From: Terriglobia bacterium
Lineage (GTDB): Bacteria > Acidobacteriota > Terriglobia > Bryobacterales > Bryobacteraceae
Direction of reading: 5' to 3'
Assembly: GCA_963831795.1 (NCBI GenBank)
Contig: CAWHSB010000004.1
Span: forward strand, 161,022 to 225,021
DNA: 64,000 nucleotides
Shown piece after piece: positions 46,674-56,677 of this stretch (its first letter is position 1; every line of letters begins with the position of its first letter). The notes beneath the pieces were generated by a model, which was given only the letters and a program-made list of their open reading frames with translations, ran no database searches and was not told the DNA's origin. The position numbers and the translations under genes were made by a program.

Positions 46674-48593
46674 GTGAACACTAACGTCAAAACAGTAATT
46701 TTCTGGGCCGTCCTGATTTGCGTGGCGGTGCTGTTGTGGGCTGTGGTCAAGAGCGGCCACACGAAGCCGGACAAGCCGCTGAACTTCAGCGACTTCCTGA
46801 GCGAAGTCGAAGCCGGCAATGTGAAGTCCGTCAGCATCAACGGAAGCACCGTGAAAGGCGATTTCGTCAGCGGGCGTGATTCTTTCCATACCGAAGTGCC
46901 GAGCAATTACCCCAAGCTTTACGACATGTTGAGCGATAAAAAGGTTCAAATGACCTTTGAATCCAGCAACTCGAACAGCTGGGTTTCGATCCTCGTCAAC
47001 GCGTCACCGTTCCTTCTGCTGATCGGATTCTGGATCTTCATGATGCGCCAGATGCAGAGCGGCGGAAACAAGGCGCTCAGTTTCGGCAAGAGCCGCGCGC
47101 GCCTCCACTCCACGCAGCAGCGCAAGGTTACTTTCAAGGACGTAGCCGGCGTTGAAGAAGCAAAGGAAGAACTACAGGAAATTATCGAATTTCTGCGCGA
47201 ACCGGCGAAATTCCAGAAGCTGGGCGGCCGCATTCCCAAGGGCGTGCTGCTGATCGGGCCTCCCGGCACCGGCAAGACGCTTCTTGCCCGTGCCATCGCG
47301 GGTGAGGCGAATGTTCCCTTTTTCTCGATCTCGGGTTCGGATTTCGTCGAGATGTTTGTCGGCGTAGGCGCAAGCCGCGTTCGCGACCTGTTCGAACAGG
47401 GCAAAAAGAACGCGCCTTGCATCATCTTTATCGACGAAATCGATGCGGTCGGACGCCATCGCGGAGCGGGTCTCGGCGGCGGACATGACGAGCGCGAGCA
47501 GACTCTCAATCAGTTGCTGGTCGAGATGGATGGTTTCGAATCCAACGAAGGGGTGATTCTCGTGGCGGCGACAAACCGTCCGGACGTTCTTGATCCGGCG
47601 TTGCTGCGCCCCGGCCGTTTTGATCGGCGAGTTGTTGTGGGACGCCCGGACGTAAATGGCCGCGAGGCGATTCTGAAAGTTCACACCAAGAAAGTTCCGC
47701 TCGGCGACGATGTGGATCTTTCCGTCCTCGGCCGCGGCACACCCGGCCTTGCGGGCGCTGACCTGGCGAACCTGGTCAACGAAGCGGCTCTCAACGCCGC
47801 CCGCCAGAATCGCAAGCTCGTGATGATGATCGATTTCGAACTCGCCAAGGACAAAATCCTGATGGGCGCGGAACGTAAGTCGATGATTCTCAGCGATTCG
47901 GAAAAACGGACCACGGCCTATCACGAAGCCGGGCATGCGGTGGTTGCGGTTGTAATCCCGAATGCCGACCCGCTGCATAAAGTCTCAATCATTCCCCGCG
48001 GCATGGCGCTCGGCGTGACGATGCAGTTGCCGACTGACGACAAGCACAACTACAGCAAGGTTTACTGCGAAGATCAGCTCGCTATCATGATGGGCGGCCG
48101 CATCGCGGAGGAGATCTATCTCAACCAGATGACGACCGGTGCGGGCAACGACATCGAGCGGGCCACCGAAATGGCGCGCAAGATGGTGTGCGAATGGGGC
48201 ATGAGTGAACTCGGGCCTCTGAGTTACGGGAAGAAGGAAGAGCAGATCTTCCTCGGCCGCGAGATCTCGCAGCATCGCGATTACAGCGAAGAGACCGCGA
48301 TCCGTATCGACGAGGAAGTGAAGCGGATTATCTCGACCGCTTACAGCCGGGCCCGCGCGATCATCGAGCAGCACACGAGCGCGATGGTGCGGATCGCTGA
48401 GGCATTGCTCGAGCGCGAAGTGCTCGACGGCGCGGAAGTGAAGACGCTGATCGACGGTGGGAATCTTCCGCCGATGAGTCCGACGGCCAGGCCGAAGGAT
48501 ACGGCGGATCACACCCAGCAGGTCATTCGCCCCGAAACGGGCGGCCGGCGCCTGCCTGGTCTCGCGGAAGGGGAACGGCCCGCTCCGGCTTGA
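46674..48593 (+). CDS. ftsH: ATP-dependent zinc metalloprotease FtsH
   Basis: 639 aa with a GGAGG RBS. It has Walker [18 protein letters not shown], Walker [13 protein letters not shown], and Zn site HEAGHAV. Confidence 0.97.
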   Translation: MNTNVKTVIFWAVLICVAVLLWAVVKSGHTKPDKPLNFSDFLSEVEAGNVKSVSINGSTVKGDFVSGRDSFHTEVPSNYPKLYDMLSDKKVQMTFESSNSNSWVSILVNASPFLLLIGFWIFMMRQMQSGGNKALSFGKSRARLHSTQQRKVTFKDVAGVEEAKEELQEIIEFLREPAKFQKLGGRIPKGVLLIGPPGTGKTLLARAIAGEANVPFFSISGSDFVEMFVGVGASRVRDLFEQGKKNAPCIIFIDEIDAVGRHRGAGLGGGHDEREQTLNQLLVEMDGFESNEGVILVAATNRPDVLDPALLRPGRFDRRVVVGRPDVNGREAILKVHTKKVPLGDDVDLSVLGRGTPGLAGADLANLVNEAALNAARQNRKLVMMIDFELAKDKILMGAERKSMILSDSEKRTTAYHEAGHAVVAVVIPNADPLHKVSIIPRGMALGVTMQLPTDDKHNYSKVYCEDQLAIMMGGRIAEEIYLNQMTTGAGNDIERATEMARKMVCEWGMSELGPLSYGKKEEQIFLGREISQHRDYSEETAIRIDEEVKRIISTAYSRARAIIEQHTSAMVRIAEALLEREVLDGAEVKTLIDGGNLPPMSPTARPKDTADHTQQVIRPETGGRRLPGLAEGERPAPA

Positions 48594-49219
48594 TCCCGCG
48601 TTTTCGTTGTTATCTGTTCGACCTCGATGGCACTTTGCTGGACTCTGCCGAAGATATTTGCGGCGCAGTCCAGCAAGCGCTTTCAGGGCATGTTTCGGAA
48701 CCCCTTCCGTTCAACTACCTCAAAGGCTTCATCGGATATCACCTTGACGCGGTATTCACCGATGTCCTTCCGCATTACACGCGAACGCAGCTTGACGAAT
48801 TGATTGAGGCCTACAAGCTTCACTATCCGGCGCGCGGGCATGAGGCTACTCGCGTATACCCGGGAGTGATCGAAGCGCTCAACAGTCTCGATGGACGCAA
48901 AGCCACCGCTACTACCAAAGGCACGCCCATCACTCGCGCAGTTCTCGAAAAATTCGGGCTCCTGCCTTACTTCGATCATGTACAGGGCACCGACGGCTTC
49001 CCGTGCAAACCAGCCCCTGACGTGCTGCATCGTTCGATGGCGGCGCTTGGAGTGAGCCCCGAAGAGTGTCTCTTCGTTGGGGACGCAGAGACGGACATGG
49101 AAGCCGGGCGGCGCGCCGGAATCACAATCTGCGCCGTGGACTACGGCTACGGCAATGCCCAGGCGCTCGCAAAATGGGAACCCGACTACCAGATTTCCGA
49201 CTTGCGTGAGCTTCTTTGA
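48590..49219 (+). CDS. HAD-superfamily hydrolase (phosphoglycolate phosphatase-like)
   Basis: 209 aa with motif [13 protein letters not shown], then ..ATTKG.. and ..[16 protein letters not shown]... Confidence 0.8.
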   Translation: MIPRFRCYLFDLDGTLLDSAEDICGAVQQALSGHVSEPLPFNYLKGFIGYHLDAVFTDVLPHYTRTQLDELIEAYKLHYPARGHEATRVYPGVIEALNSLDGRKATATTKGTPITRAVLEKFGLLPYFDHVQGTDGFPCKPAPDVLHRSMAALGVSPEECLFVGDAETDMEAGRRAGITICAVDYGYGNAQALAKWEPDYQISDLRELL

Positions 49220-49225
49220 GCCGCT

Positions 49226-49410
49226 CCGAAAACCCGGTCACAAAAATCGACAGGGCGTTTTCAGTAAGTTACAGCGAAAATATGCACCATTCGCAATTTC
49301 ATGTGATCTATTTGGATCAAACAAACCTGTACGTTTTTGAGCGACGTACCCGGTGACATAAGATCGGACTGGCGGCGATTATGGCGACCGCTGTCAGTCC
49401 GGTCTCTCCA
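49226..49410 (+). repeat. Diverged direct repeat, copy A (pairs with 51339..51520)
   Basis: aaaacccggtcacaaaaatcgaca...aaatatgcaccattcgcaatttcatgtgatctatttggatcaaacaaacctgtacgttt...hairpin...ggtctctcca aligns colinearly with copy B. By eye about three quarters of positions are identical. Confidence 0.7.
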
Positions 49411-49510
49411 ACTCGAATCAACCATTCCAACTCTGATCTCTCCTCTTGAGCCAGTCGCCGTGCTACGGGCCGGCTTGCTGACGCGCGCGGCTTCAGAGCG
49501 GGTATTCCAA

Positions 49511-50040
49511 GCGTTCCATGCCCGCGGCGGGCGCGCCAAAGGCGATGAAGACGCGGTGCCCGTTGTGGGGCAGGCCCCCCGGCCTGCCGCCGAGCCCCAG
49601 CTCGGCGCGGGAGCTTTACGTCCTGCCGGTAGCACCGGCGATCTCGTCGCCGGTGTTCGCACCAACCGCGTCTTCAACGGAGTCCCCATGGCCCTGCGGC
49701 CACCGAAATGATGAAGATGCTGGAGCGGGAAAGCACGAAACCGGTAGCGCCGGCGATCTTGTCGCCGGTGTTCTGCAGGGGAGCGTTCCATGGCCCGCCG
49801 CGGGCCGCCAAAGGGGATGAAGACACTGCAGCCGGTGTGGGGCCAGGGCTTTGCCCTGCCGCTGGGCTTCCGCCCGGCGAGGAGCTTTACGTCAGCGCCG
49901 GCCGTCACAGGAACCGCGTCTTCAACGGAGTCCCCATGGCCCTGCGGGCCACCGAAATGGATGAAGACGCTTGGAGCGGGAAAGCACGAAACCGGTAGCG
50001 CCGGCGATCTCGTCGCCGGTGTTCTTCAGGGGAGCGTTGC
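49511..50040. repeat. Tandem composite array of REP-like hairpin modules (two ~250-270-bp units)
   Basis: Units start at 49511 and 49783, and the array decays from 50034. Each unit contains two ccatggccc(g)c(c)gcgggcc(g/a)cc(a)aa..gatgaagac hairpin modules. Each also has ggtagcgccggcgatctcgtcgccggtgttc and accgcgtcttcaacggagtcccc modules. Confidence 0.8.
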
Positions 50041-50427
50041 CACTGTTATTTGTGACGAGCCCTACGGAAAGGCGTACATGCGCCTGCGATGCGCTCGCGC
50101 GGCGCCCCCTGCCCCTGGCGAAGATGTGCAAGAACTATGTCCCCGACGGCGAACGCGGGAAGGCGGCTCTTCTCGATCTCTTCACACTCGCCGCCACCTC
50201 ATAATCGGCCAACAGTTCCGCGCGATAAAACATCTCCGGTCAAATTGCGATCAAAAAACCATAACAGCAATCGTTCCGCCAGACCTCCAGCGTTTAGTTC
50301 ACCAACCTTTTTCAGTCACAAGCCAGACCCCAATATTTGACGAATAAATCCAATCACATAGCTCACGCCGGGCGCACCATCCCCAAAAACGCATGCTAAA
50401 GAATAGCCAGGAGAAAACAATAGACCC

Positions 50428-51162
50428 ATGTCCCCGGCCACCGAGTCCGTTTCAAACAACGCAGCCTCCCCGCAACCCAACCAGTCCACCGGACCCCGCA
50501 CCGAAGAAGGCAAACAGCGTTCCGCTCTGAACGCCCTGCGCCACGGCCTGACCGGCCGCACGATCGTCATGCCTTACGAAGACATGGACCAATACCACAT
50601 CTTCTGCAAACGCCTCTTCCAGACCCTCGCCCCCGAGACCCCGCTCGAAGAGCAATACGCCCAAACCTTCTGCGATACTCAATGGCGCCTGAACCGGGCC
50701 CGCTCGCTCGAAGACGCCATGCTCGCCCTCGGCCACTCCGAAGCCGCCGGCGAAATCGAAACCGAACATCCGCAGGTCCACGCGGCGCTCACCGCCGCGC
50801 GAGTCTTCCGCGACGATAACAAATCCTTCGCCAACCTGACCCTCTACGAACAGCGCCTGCACCGCACGCTCGATAAGACCATGCGGGAGCTCAAAGCCCT
50901 CCAGGCCGAACGCAAAGCCCAAAGGCAAGCCGAACTCGACGCCGCCGTAGCCGAGCGCAATCTCCTGAAGATGAAAGTGAAACACGGTCACCATCACATC
51001 CAGAACGAAACCGAACCGATCACCCGACAGTTCGTTTTTTCGACCGCCGAAATTGAAGCGGAAGCACGTCGCCAGTTCCGTCTCGCAGACATCGCAACCG
51101 CCCAAAGACACCACTACAACTTCGAAAGTTACCGCCGATTCGCCCCTAAATGGGCAGCATGA
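50428..51162 (+). CDS. Conserved-looking hypothetical protein (GPRTEEGKxRSxxNAxxHGLTG motif)
   Basis: 244-aa ORF preceded by AGGAGAAAA. A disordered N-terminus is followed by STGPRTEEGKQRSALNALRHGLTGRTIV and a helical/coiled-coil C-terminal half. I remember this motif from many unannotated proteins but know of no function. Confidence 0.55.
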   Translation: MSPATESVSNNAASPQPNQSTGPRTEEGKQRSALNALRHGLTGRTIVMPYEDMDQYHIFCKRLFQTLAPETPLEEQYAQTFCDTQWRLNRARSLEDAMLALGHSEAAGEIETEHPQVHAALTAARVFRDDNKSFANLTLYEQRLHRTLDKTMRELKALQAERKAQRQAELDAAVAERNLLKMKVKHGHHHIQNETEPITRQFVFSTAEIEAEARRQFRLADIATAQRHHYNFESYRRFAPKWAA

Positions 51163-51338
51163 TGCTCAGCCATGCGGCGTTTTGCACTTCTTCGGCGGTG
51201 CGAACACGATCGGGGAAACCTGTCCCGGCGGAGCTGCGACTTATTGCCGCCCAGTGCTTCGGCATCACGCCGTGGGCAACCTGCGAAAGGCTGTTTAACT
51301 TTGCAACCGTCACGCCGTGGGCGTCCCTATGCACATCT

Positions 51339-51520
51339 CCCAAAAACCCGTTCACAAAAATCGACATAACCTTTTCAATAGCTTGCGGTCAAAAAATGCA
51401 CCATGAACAATTTCATGTGTTCTATTTGAATCAACAAACCGCTACGTTTCATGGTGCGTACGCGGTAAGAAGACTGGATGGGCAGCGGTTTGGGCGCCGC
51501 TGCCCGTGCGGTCTTCTCCA
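51339..51520 (+). repeat. Diverged direct repeat, copy B (leader region of the kor operon)
   Basis: aaaacccgttcacaaaaatcgaca...aaaaatgcaccatgaacaatttcatgtgttctatttgaatcaacaaaccgctacgttt...GGGCAGCGG-tttgggcg-CCGCTGCCC...ggtcttctcca. Confidence 0.7.
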
Positions 51521-51616
51521 TACCGCATGCGACCGGCCGACAAAAGGAGTAAACTTTTCATCTGGACTCGGCGGCCCGTTCCACTTGCCGCGCGGCATCC
51601 CGAACAAAATCTTTAC

Positions 51617-53413
51617 ATGCGTCCCACCGACACCTCGAACCCGGATTACTTTCACAAAGTTGTCGATTGCCAGTGGGCCTGTCCCGCTCACACCAACGTT
51701 CCCGAATACATTCGCCTCATCGCGCAGGGCCGATATACCGACGCCTACATGCTGAACCGGGAATCGAATGTTTTCCCTGGCATACTCGGCCGCACGTGCG
51801 ACCGTCCCTGTGAGCCGGCGTGCCGTCGCGGACGCCTGCCCGGTGAAAACGGCAAGCCCGTCGCCATCTGCCGTCTGAAGCGCGTCGCCGCCGACCTGCG
51901 CGATGACATTCAGTCGCTCCTCCCGCCCATACCCGCCGCGAAAAACGGCAAGCGGATCGCCTGCATCGGCGCGGGACCGGCATCGCTCGCTGTCGCCAAT
52001 GACCTCATGCCGCTCGGCTACGAAGTCACTATCTTCGAGAAGCTCGGCCAGCCCGGCGGCCTGATGCGGACCAACATCCCGTCCTTCCGTCTGCCCGAGC
52101 GTGTGCTCGCCGAGGAGATCGACTACATCCTCGATATGGGCGTGGACATACGCTATAACGCTCCGATCGAAAGCATGGCTGCGCTGCTCGATCAGAACTT
52201 CGACGCCGTCTTTATCGGCAGCGGCGCGCCGCGGGGCAAGAATCTCGAACTGCCTGGCCGCTACGAAACGGATCACATCTACATTGGCATCGACTGGCTC
52301 GGGTCGGTCGCCTTCGGACACACCGATTCCATCGGCAAGCGCGTCCTGATCATCGGCGTAGGCAACACCGCGATGGACTGTTGCCGGTCCTCCCGGCGTC
52401 TGGGCGGAACCGATATCAAAGTGATGGCGCGTCGCCCGCGAGGGTTCTTCAAAGCCTCGCCCTGGGAGCTTGACGATGCTGAAGAAGAGGGTGTTGAAAT
52501 CGTCATCAATCACGCGCCGAAGCGCTTTGTGATCGAGAATGGCGTACTCACGGGAATGGAATTCGAGCGCCTCGAATGGGACGCCGAGGCGAAGCGCTCG
52601 ACTGTCATCGAAACCGTAACCATCCCGTGCGACGACGTGATCCTGGCGATCGGACAGGACAACGCATTCCCCTGGATCGAGCGCGGCCTTGGCATTGAAT
52701 TCGACAAGTACGACATGCCCGCCGTAAACAAGGTGACTTTCGAATCCAGCCGCCCAGGCATCTTCTTTGGTGGCGATGCTGCCTGGGGGCCGAAGAACAT
52801 CATCTGGGCTGTCGAGCACGCCCATCAGGCCGCAATCTCGATCCACAACCGCTGTCAGGGCACCCCGGCCGCCGAGCGCCCGCCCTATGCCATGAATCTC
52901 ATCAGCCAGAAGATGGGCCTCAGCGAATGGAGTTATCACAACGATTACAATCCGGCTCACCGGCAGAAGATGCATCACGTCGACCTCGTGCATCGCTTCG
53001 AGGAACTCAACATCGAAGTCGAACTCGGCTTCACCGCCGAGCAAACGGCGCGCGAGGTTCAGCGCTGTCTGAACTGCGACGTGGAAACGGCCTTCACCGC
53101 CGCGAAATGCATCGAATGCGATGCCTGCATTGATATCTGCCCCCTCTCCTGTCTCACCATCGCTGCCGACGCTGAGGAAGACGTGCTGAAGCATCGTCTC
53201 TCCGCGCCCGCGGTAAATCCGGACCAGGCGCTGTACGCCTCAAAACCGCTCCCCCAGACCAGTCGCCTCATGTTGAAGGACGAGGACCTGTGCGTCCATT
53301 GCGGCCTTTGCGCGGAGCGTTGCCCCACCGCGGCGTGGGACATGCAGAAGTTCGATCTCCTTATCAGTTACGCAGGTCAGGTTCCTCCCAAACAAACATG
53401 GACAGCGGCATAA
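51617..53413 (+). CDS. GltD-like NAD(P)H-dependent flavin oxidoreductase fused to a C-terminal 2x[4Fe-4S] ferredoxin domain
   Basis: The start is set at ATG 51617 (MRPTDTSNPDYFHKVVDCQWACPAHTNVPEYI). Fe-S Cys motifs (CDRPCEPAC) and two Rossmann motifs (RIACIGAGPASLAVANDL; VLIIGVGNTAMDCCRS) are present. The C-terminus carries CLNCD..CIECDACIDICP and CVHCGLCAERCP. Confidence 0.8.
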   Translation: MRPTDTSNPDYFHKVVDCQWACPAHTNVPEYIRLIAQGRYTDAYMLNRESNVFPGILGRTCDRPCEPACRRGRLPGENGKPVAICRLKRVAADLRDDIQSLLPPIPAAKNGKRIACIGAGPASLAVANDLMPLGYEVTIFEKLGQPGGLMRTNIPSFRLPERVLAEEIDYILDMGVDIRYNAPIESMAALLDQNFDAVFIGSGAPRGKNLELPGRYETDHIYIGIDWLGSVAFGHTDSIGKRVLIIGVGNTAMDCCRSSRRLGGTDIKVMARRPRGFFKASPWELDDAEEEGVEIVINHAPKRFVIENGVLTGMEFERLEWDAEAKRSTVIETVTIPCDDVILAIGQDNAFPWIERGLGIEFDKYDMPAVNKVTFESSRPGIFFGGDAAWGPKNIIWAVEHAHQAAISIHNRCQGTPAAERPPYAMNLISQKMGLSEWSYHNDYNPAHRQKMHHVDLVHRFEELNIEVELGFTAEQTAREVQRCLNCDVETAFTAAKCIECDACIDICPLSCLTIAADAEEDVLKHRLSAPAVNPDQALYASKPLPQTSRLMLKDEDLCVHCGLCAERCPTAAWDMQKFDLLISYAGQVPPKQTWTAA

Positions 53414-55209
53414 ACGACTTTGCGATCAAGCTGGCGAACGTGAATGGCTCGGGTTCCGCCAGCGCCAACAGCCTCATCATGCAGGCGATTTTTCGGATGG
53501 GGGTACCCGTCTCGGGCAAGAACCTCTTTCCGTCGAATATTCAGGGTCTGCCTACCTGGTACGAGATCCGCGTCAATAAGGACGGCTACACCGCGCGGGC
53601 GCTCGACTACGACCTGATTATCGCGATGAACGCGCAGACTTATGCCCGCGATGTAAGTGAGGTGCGCTCGGGAGGTTACATCCTGTATGACTCCTCGTGG
53701 CCTCTGGATGACTCTCTGATCCGCGACGATATCACTTACCTCGGCGTGCCCCTGGCGGAGTTGTGTAACGAGAGTTTTCGTGAATCGCGCGAGCGCGTTC
53801 TGATGAAGAACATCGCTACCGCGGGCGCGCTCATCGAGTTACTGAACATCGACGGCGCGGTCGTGCAGAAACTCATCGAAGAGAAGTATGGGCGTAAGAA
53901 GGGGCTTCGCGAATCGAACCAGAAAGCCCTGCGGCTTGGCGCCGATTATGTTCGCGCGCACTTCGACTGCCCTCTGCCGTTCCACTTACAAACGATGGAC
54001 GCGAATGGCGACAAGATTCTGATCGATGGGAATACCGCCGCGGCGCTCGGCTGCGTCTACGCGGGCGCGACCGTCGCGGCATGGTACCCGATCACGCCGT
54101 CCACCTCCGCCATGGATGCGTTCAAGGCTTTCTGCGAACGCTTCCGAACTGATAAAGAAACCGGCGAACATGATTATCTGATCCTCCAGGCCGAGGATGA
54201 ACTTGCCGCGATCGGCATGGTGCTCGGAGCCTCGTGGATGGGCGCCCGAGCATTCACCTCGACTGCGGGACCGGGCATCTCACTCATGAACGAGCTTCTC
54301 GGTCTCGCTTACTACGCCGAAATTCCGGTTGTTGTGATCGATGTGCAGCGCGTCGGACCGTCCACCGGAATGCCTACGCGCACACAGCAGGGAGACATTT
54401 TCGAATGCGCGTACGCCTCCCATGGCGATACCCGGCACATCCTGCTTTTCCCTTCGAATCCAGCCGAGTGCTTCGAATTTGCGGTGAAAAGCTTCGATCT
54501 CGCCGAACGCTTTCAAACCCCGGTTTTCATGCTGACGGATCTCGATATCGGTATGAACGACTGGGTCACGCCGAAACTGACCTGGGACGACTCGTTCCGT
54601 CCGGACCGCGGCCTCGTCCTGACCACGAGGGACCTCGAATCGATGCCGAAATTCGAGCGGTATATGCCGCAGAACGGCAGCGCCGTCGCCGCCCGAACCC
54701 TGCCCGGCGTCGGGGCGAAAGGCGCCTTCTTCACCCGCGGTTCCGGCCACAACAAATACGGCGGATACACCGAAATCCCCGATGAATATCAGGAGGTGAT
54801 GGATCGGCTCCTGCGCAAACATAAGGAGTCCGCCGCCTTCGTGCCCGAGCCCGTCATCGAGAGACGGGAGGGGGCGCGCGCCGGCATGATCACCATCGGC
54901 GGATGCGATCCCGCGGTTCGCGAAGCGCTGGACATCCTGGATCGCCAGGGTGTGCCCATGGATTACATGCGTATCCGCGGATTCCCCTTCGACGAACCTG
55001 TCGAAGCTTTCATAGCCGAGCACGAAATCTGCTACGTCGTGGAGCAGAATCGCGATGCCCAGTTGCGGTCGCTGCTCGTTCTGGAAACGTCCGCCCCGAA
55101 AGAAAAACTCCGCTCGATCCTGAGCTATGGTGGATTCCCCCTGAGCGCCAGCCACGTTCTGGAAGCGATTACTCCGGGTGTGGAGGAACTTGATGCCCTC
55201 TATCGCTAA
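53398..55209 (+). CDS. korA: 2-oxoacid:ferredoxin oxidoreductase, fused gamma/alpha subunit (KorA-type)
   Basis: The start is ATG 53398. The gamma-like N-terminus is FAIKLANVNGSGSASANSLIMQAIFRMGVPVSGKNLFPSNIQG. The alpha part is GNTAAALGCVYAGATVAAWYPITPST. Confidence 0.85.
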   Translation: MDSGINDFAIKLANVNGSGSASANSLIMQAIFRMGVPVSGKNLFPSNIQGLPTWYEIRVNKDGYTARALDYDLIIAMNAQTYARDVSEVRSGGYILYDSSWPLDDSLIRDDITYLGVPLAELCNESFRESRERVLMKNIATAGALIELLNIDGAVVQKLIEEKYGRKKGLRESNQKALRLGADYVRAHFDCPLPFHLQTMDANGDKILIDGNTAAALGCVYAGATVAAWYPITPSTSAMDAFKAFCERFRTDKETGEHDYLILQAEDELAAIGMVLGASWMGARAFTSTAGPGISLMNELLGLAYYAEIPVVVIDVQRVGPSTGMPTRTQQGDIFECAYASHGDTRHILLFPSNPAECFEFAVKSFDLAERFQTPVFMLTDLDIGMNDWVTPKLTWDDSFRPDRGLVLTTRDLESMPKFERYMPQNGSAVAARTLPGVGAKGAFFTRGSGHNKYGGYTEIPDEYQEVMDRLLRKHKESAAFVPEPVIERREGARAGMITIGGCDPAVREALDILDRQGVPMDYMRIRGFPFDEPVEAFIAEHEICYVVEQNRDAQLRSLLVLETSAPKEKLRSILSYGGFPLSASHVLEAITPGVEELDALYR

Positions 55210-56242
55210 GCCGCCCATTGCCCATCCGAGCCTCACGCGGAACGAACTGGGCCTGACCATTCGCGATTACGAAGGCGCGATGTCGACCCTCTGCGCCGGA
55301 TGCGGGCACGATTCCATTACCGCCGCCATCGTTCGTGCCCTGTGGGAGCTCTCGACCCCGCCCCACCGCGTCGCCAAGCTGAGCGGAATCGGCTGCTCCT
55401 CGAAAACCCCCGCCTACTTCGTCAACGCCGCTCATGGTTTTAACTCGGCCCACGGCCGGATGCCGCCGATCGCTACCGGCGCCAACGCGGCCAACCGCGA
55501 ACTCACCTATATCGGTGTTTCCGGCGATGGCGACTCGCTCTCAATCGGGCTCGGCCACCTCTGCCACGCCATGCGGCGGAACGTGAACATGCTCTATGTC
55601 ATCGAGAATAATGGGGTTTACGGCCTCACGAAAGGCCAGTTTTCCGCCTCCTCGGATATCGGCTCAAAGAGCAAAAAGGGCGAGGCGAACGTACTTGCGC
55701 CCATCGACCCGGTCCTGCTCGGCCTGAGCCTCGGCGCCACCTTCGTGGCCCGTAGTTTTTCCGGCGACAAGGAGCAACTCGTTCCGATTCTTAAGGCTGG
55801 CCTGGCACACCGCGGTTTCGCCCTGGTCGATGTGATTTCCCCTTGTGTGACTTTTAACGATCACGAGGGTTCAACAAAAAGCTATTTGTACACCCGACGA
55901 CATCTTTCGGAGGCCACGGAGTCGGATTTCATACCGCATGCGACGGAAATTGTTGCGGAAATTGCCCGAAACGGCGAAAGTAATGTAACAATGCATGATG
56001 GAAGCGTGCTTCGCTTCACTCGCCTGCCGGAAGACTACGACGTCCACGACAGGCAAAAGGCTTTTGCTTATCTGAAGCAGCACCCCGGCGAGGTGGTGAC
56101 GGGAATTCTCCTCGCCGATGAAAGCGTGCCCGATATGCACGAGACGAATCAGACGCCACGCACGGCGTTGGTCGATATTCCGTACGAAAAGTTGTGCCCG
56201 GGCTCTAAGCAGTTGCAAATTCTCCAGGAGGAGTTCATATGA
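55193..56242 (+). CDS. korB: 2-oxoacid:ferredoxin oxidoreductase beta subunit (TPP-binding, KorB-type)
   Basis: The ATG at 55193 follows GGAGGA. CAGCGHDSI and the TPP motif GVSGDGDSLSIGLGHLCHAMRRNVNMLYVIENNGVYGLTKGQ are present. Confidence 0.85.
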   Translation: MPSIAKPPIAHPSLTRNELGLTIRDYEGAMSTLCAGCGHDSITAAIVRALWELSTPPHRVAKLSGIGCSSKTPAYFVNAAHGFNSAHGRMPPIATGANAANRELTYIGVSGDGDSLSIGLGHLCHAMRRNVNMLYVIENNGVYGLTKGQFSASSDIGSKSKKGEANVLAPIDPVLLGLSLGATFVARSFSGDKEQLVPILKAGLAHRGFALVDVISPCVTFNDHEGSTKSYLYTRRHLSEATESDFIPHATEIVAEIARNGESNVTMHDGSVLRFTRLPEDYDVHDRQKAFAYLKQHPGEVVTGILLADESVPDMHETNQTPRTALVDIPYEKLCPGSKQLQILQEEFI

Positions 56243-56664
56243 CGCAACAGGTTGCTTACCGCTTTATCGAAGCGCTCAGCGCGCTCGAACAGGACGGAGA
56301 AATGGAACCGATCCTGGCCACATTCGGCGAGTTCTGCGAAATCGGAACCCCGGTCAATCCGGAGAAACTGCACGGCATCGAAGGCGCGCGTCAGTTCTGG
56401 CATGGGTACCGGACCACCTTCAGCCGTATCCGGTCGACCATTCGCAATATCGTGATCGGCGATAACAGCGTTGCCCTCGAGTGGACAGCGGATGGGGTGA
56501 ACCGCTCAGGCAAGGAAGTTCACTACGACGGTGTCAGCGTTCTTGATACCTCGGGCACCCACATCACCCGATTCCGGACTTATTTCGACGCCGCCGCCGC
56601 AGCGGCTACCACGCGAGTTCAGGCCAGTGCGGCCGGCTCATATCTTGCTCGGGCGGCGTCCTGA
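56239..56664 (+). CDS. NTF2-like (SnoaL-type) small protein
   Basis: 141 aa with an ATGA overlap with korB. ..FIEALSALEQDGEMEPILATF..ARQFWHGYRTTF..VALEWTADG..GKEVHYDGVSVLD is SnoaL/NTF2-like. Confidence 0.6.
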   Translation: MTQQVAYRFIEALSALEQDGEMEPILATFGEFCEIGTPVNPEKLHGIEGARQFWHGYRTTFSRIRSTIRNIVIGDNSVALEWTADGVNRSGKEVHYDGVSVLDTSGTHITRFRTYFDAAAAAATTRVQASAAGSYLARAAS

Positions 56665-56677
56665 CGCTCCGGGCTCG

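Noticed and set aside
49440-50060. CRISPR array?
   Set aside because: The repeats are of several different module types and lengths. The intervening segments are themselves repeated, there is no regular repeat-spacer periodicity in the 28-40-nt range, and there are no cas genes in the window.
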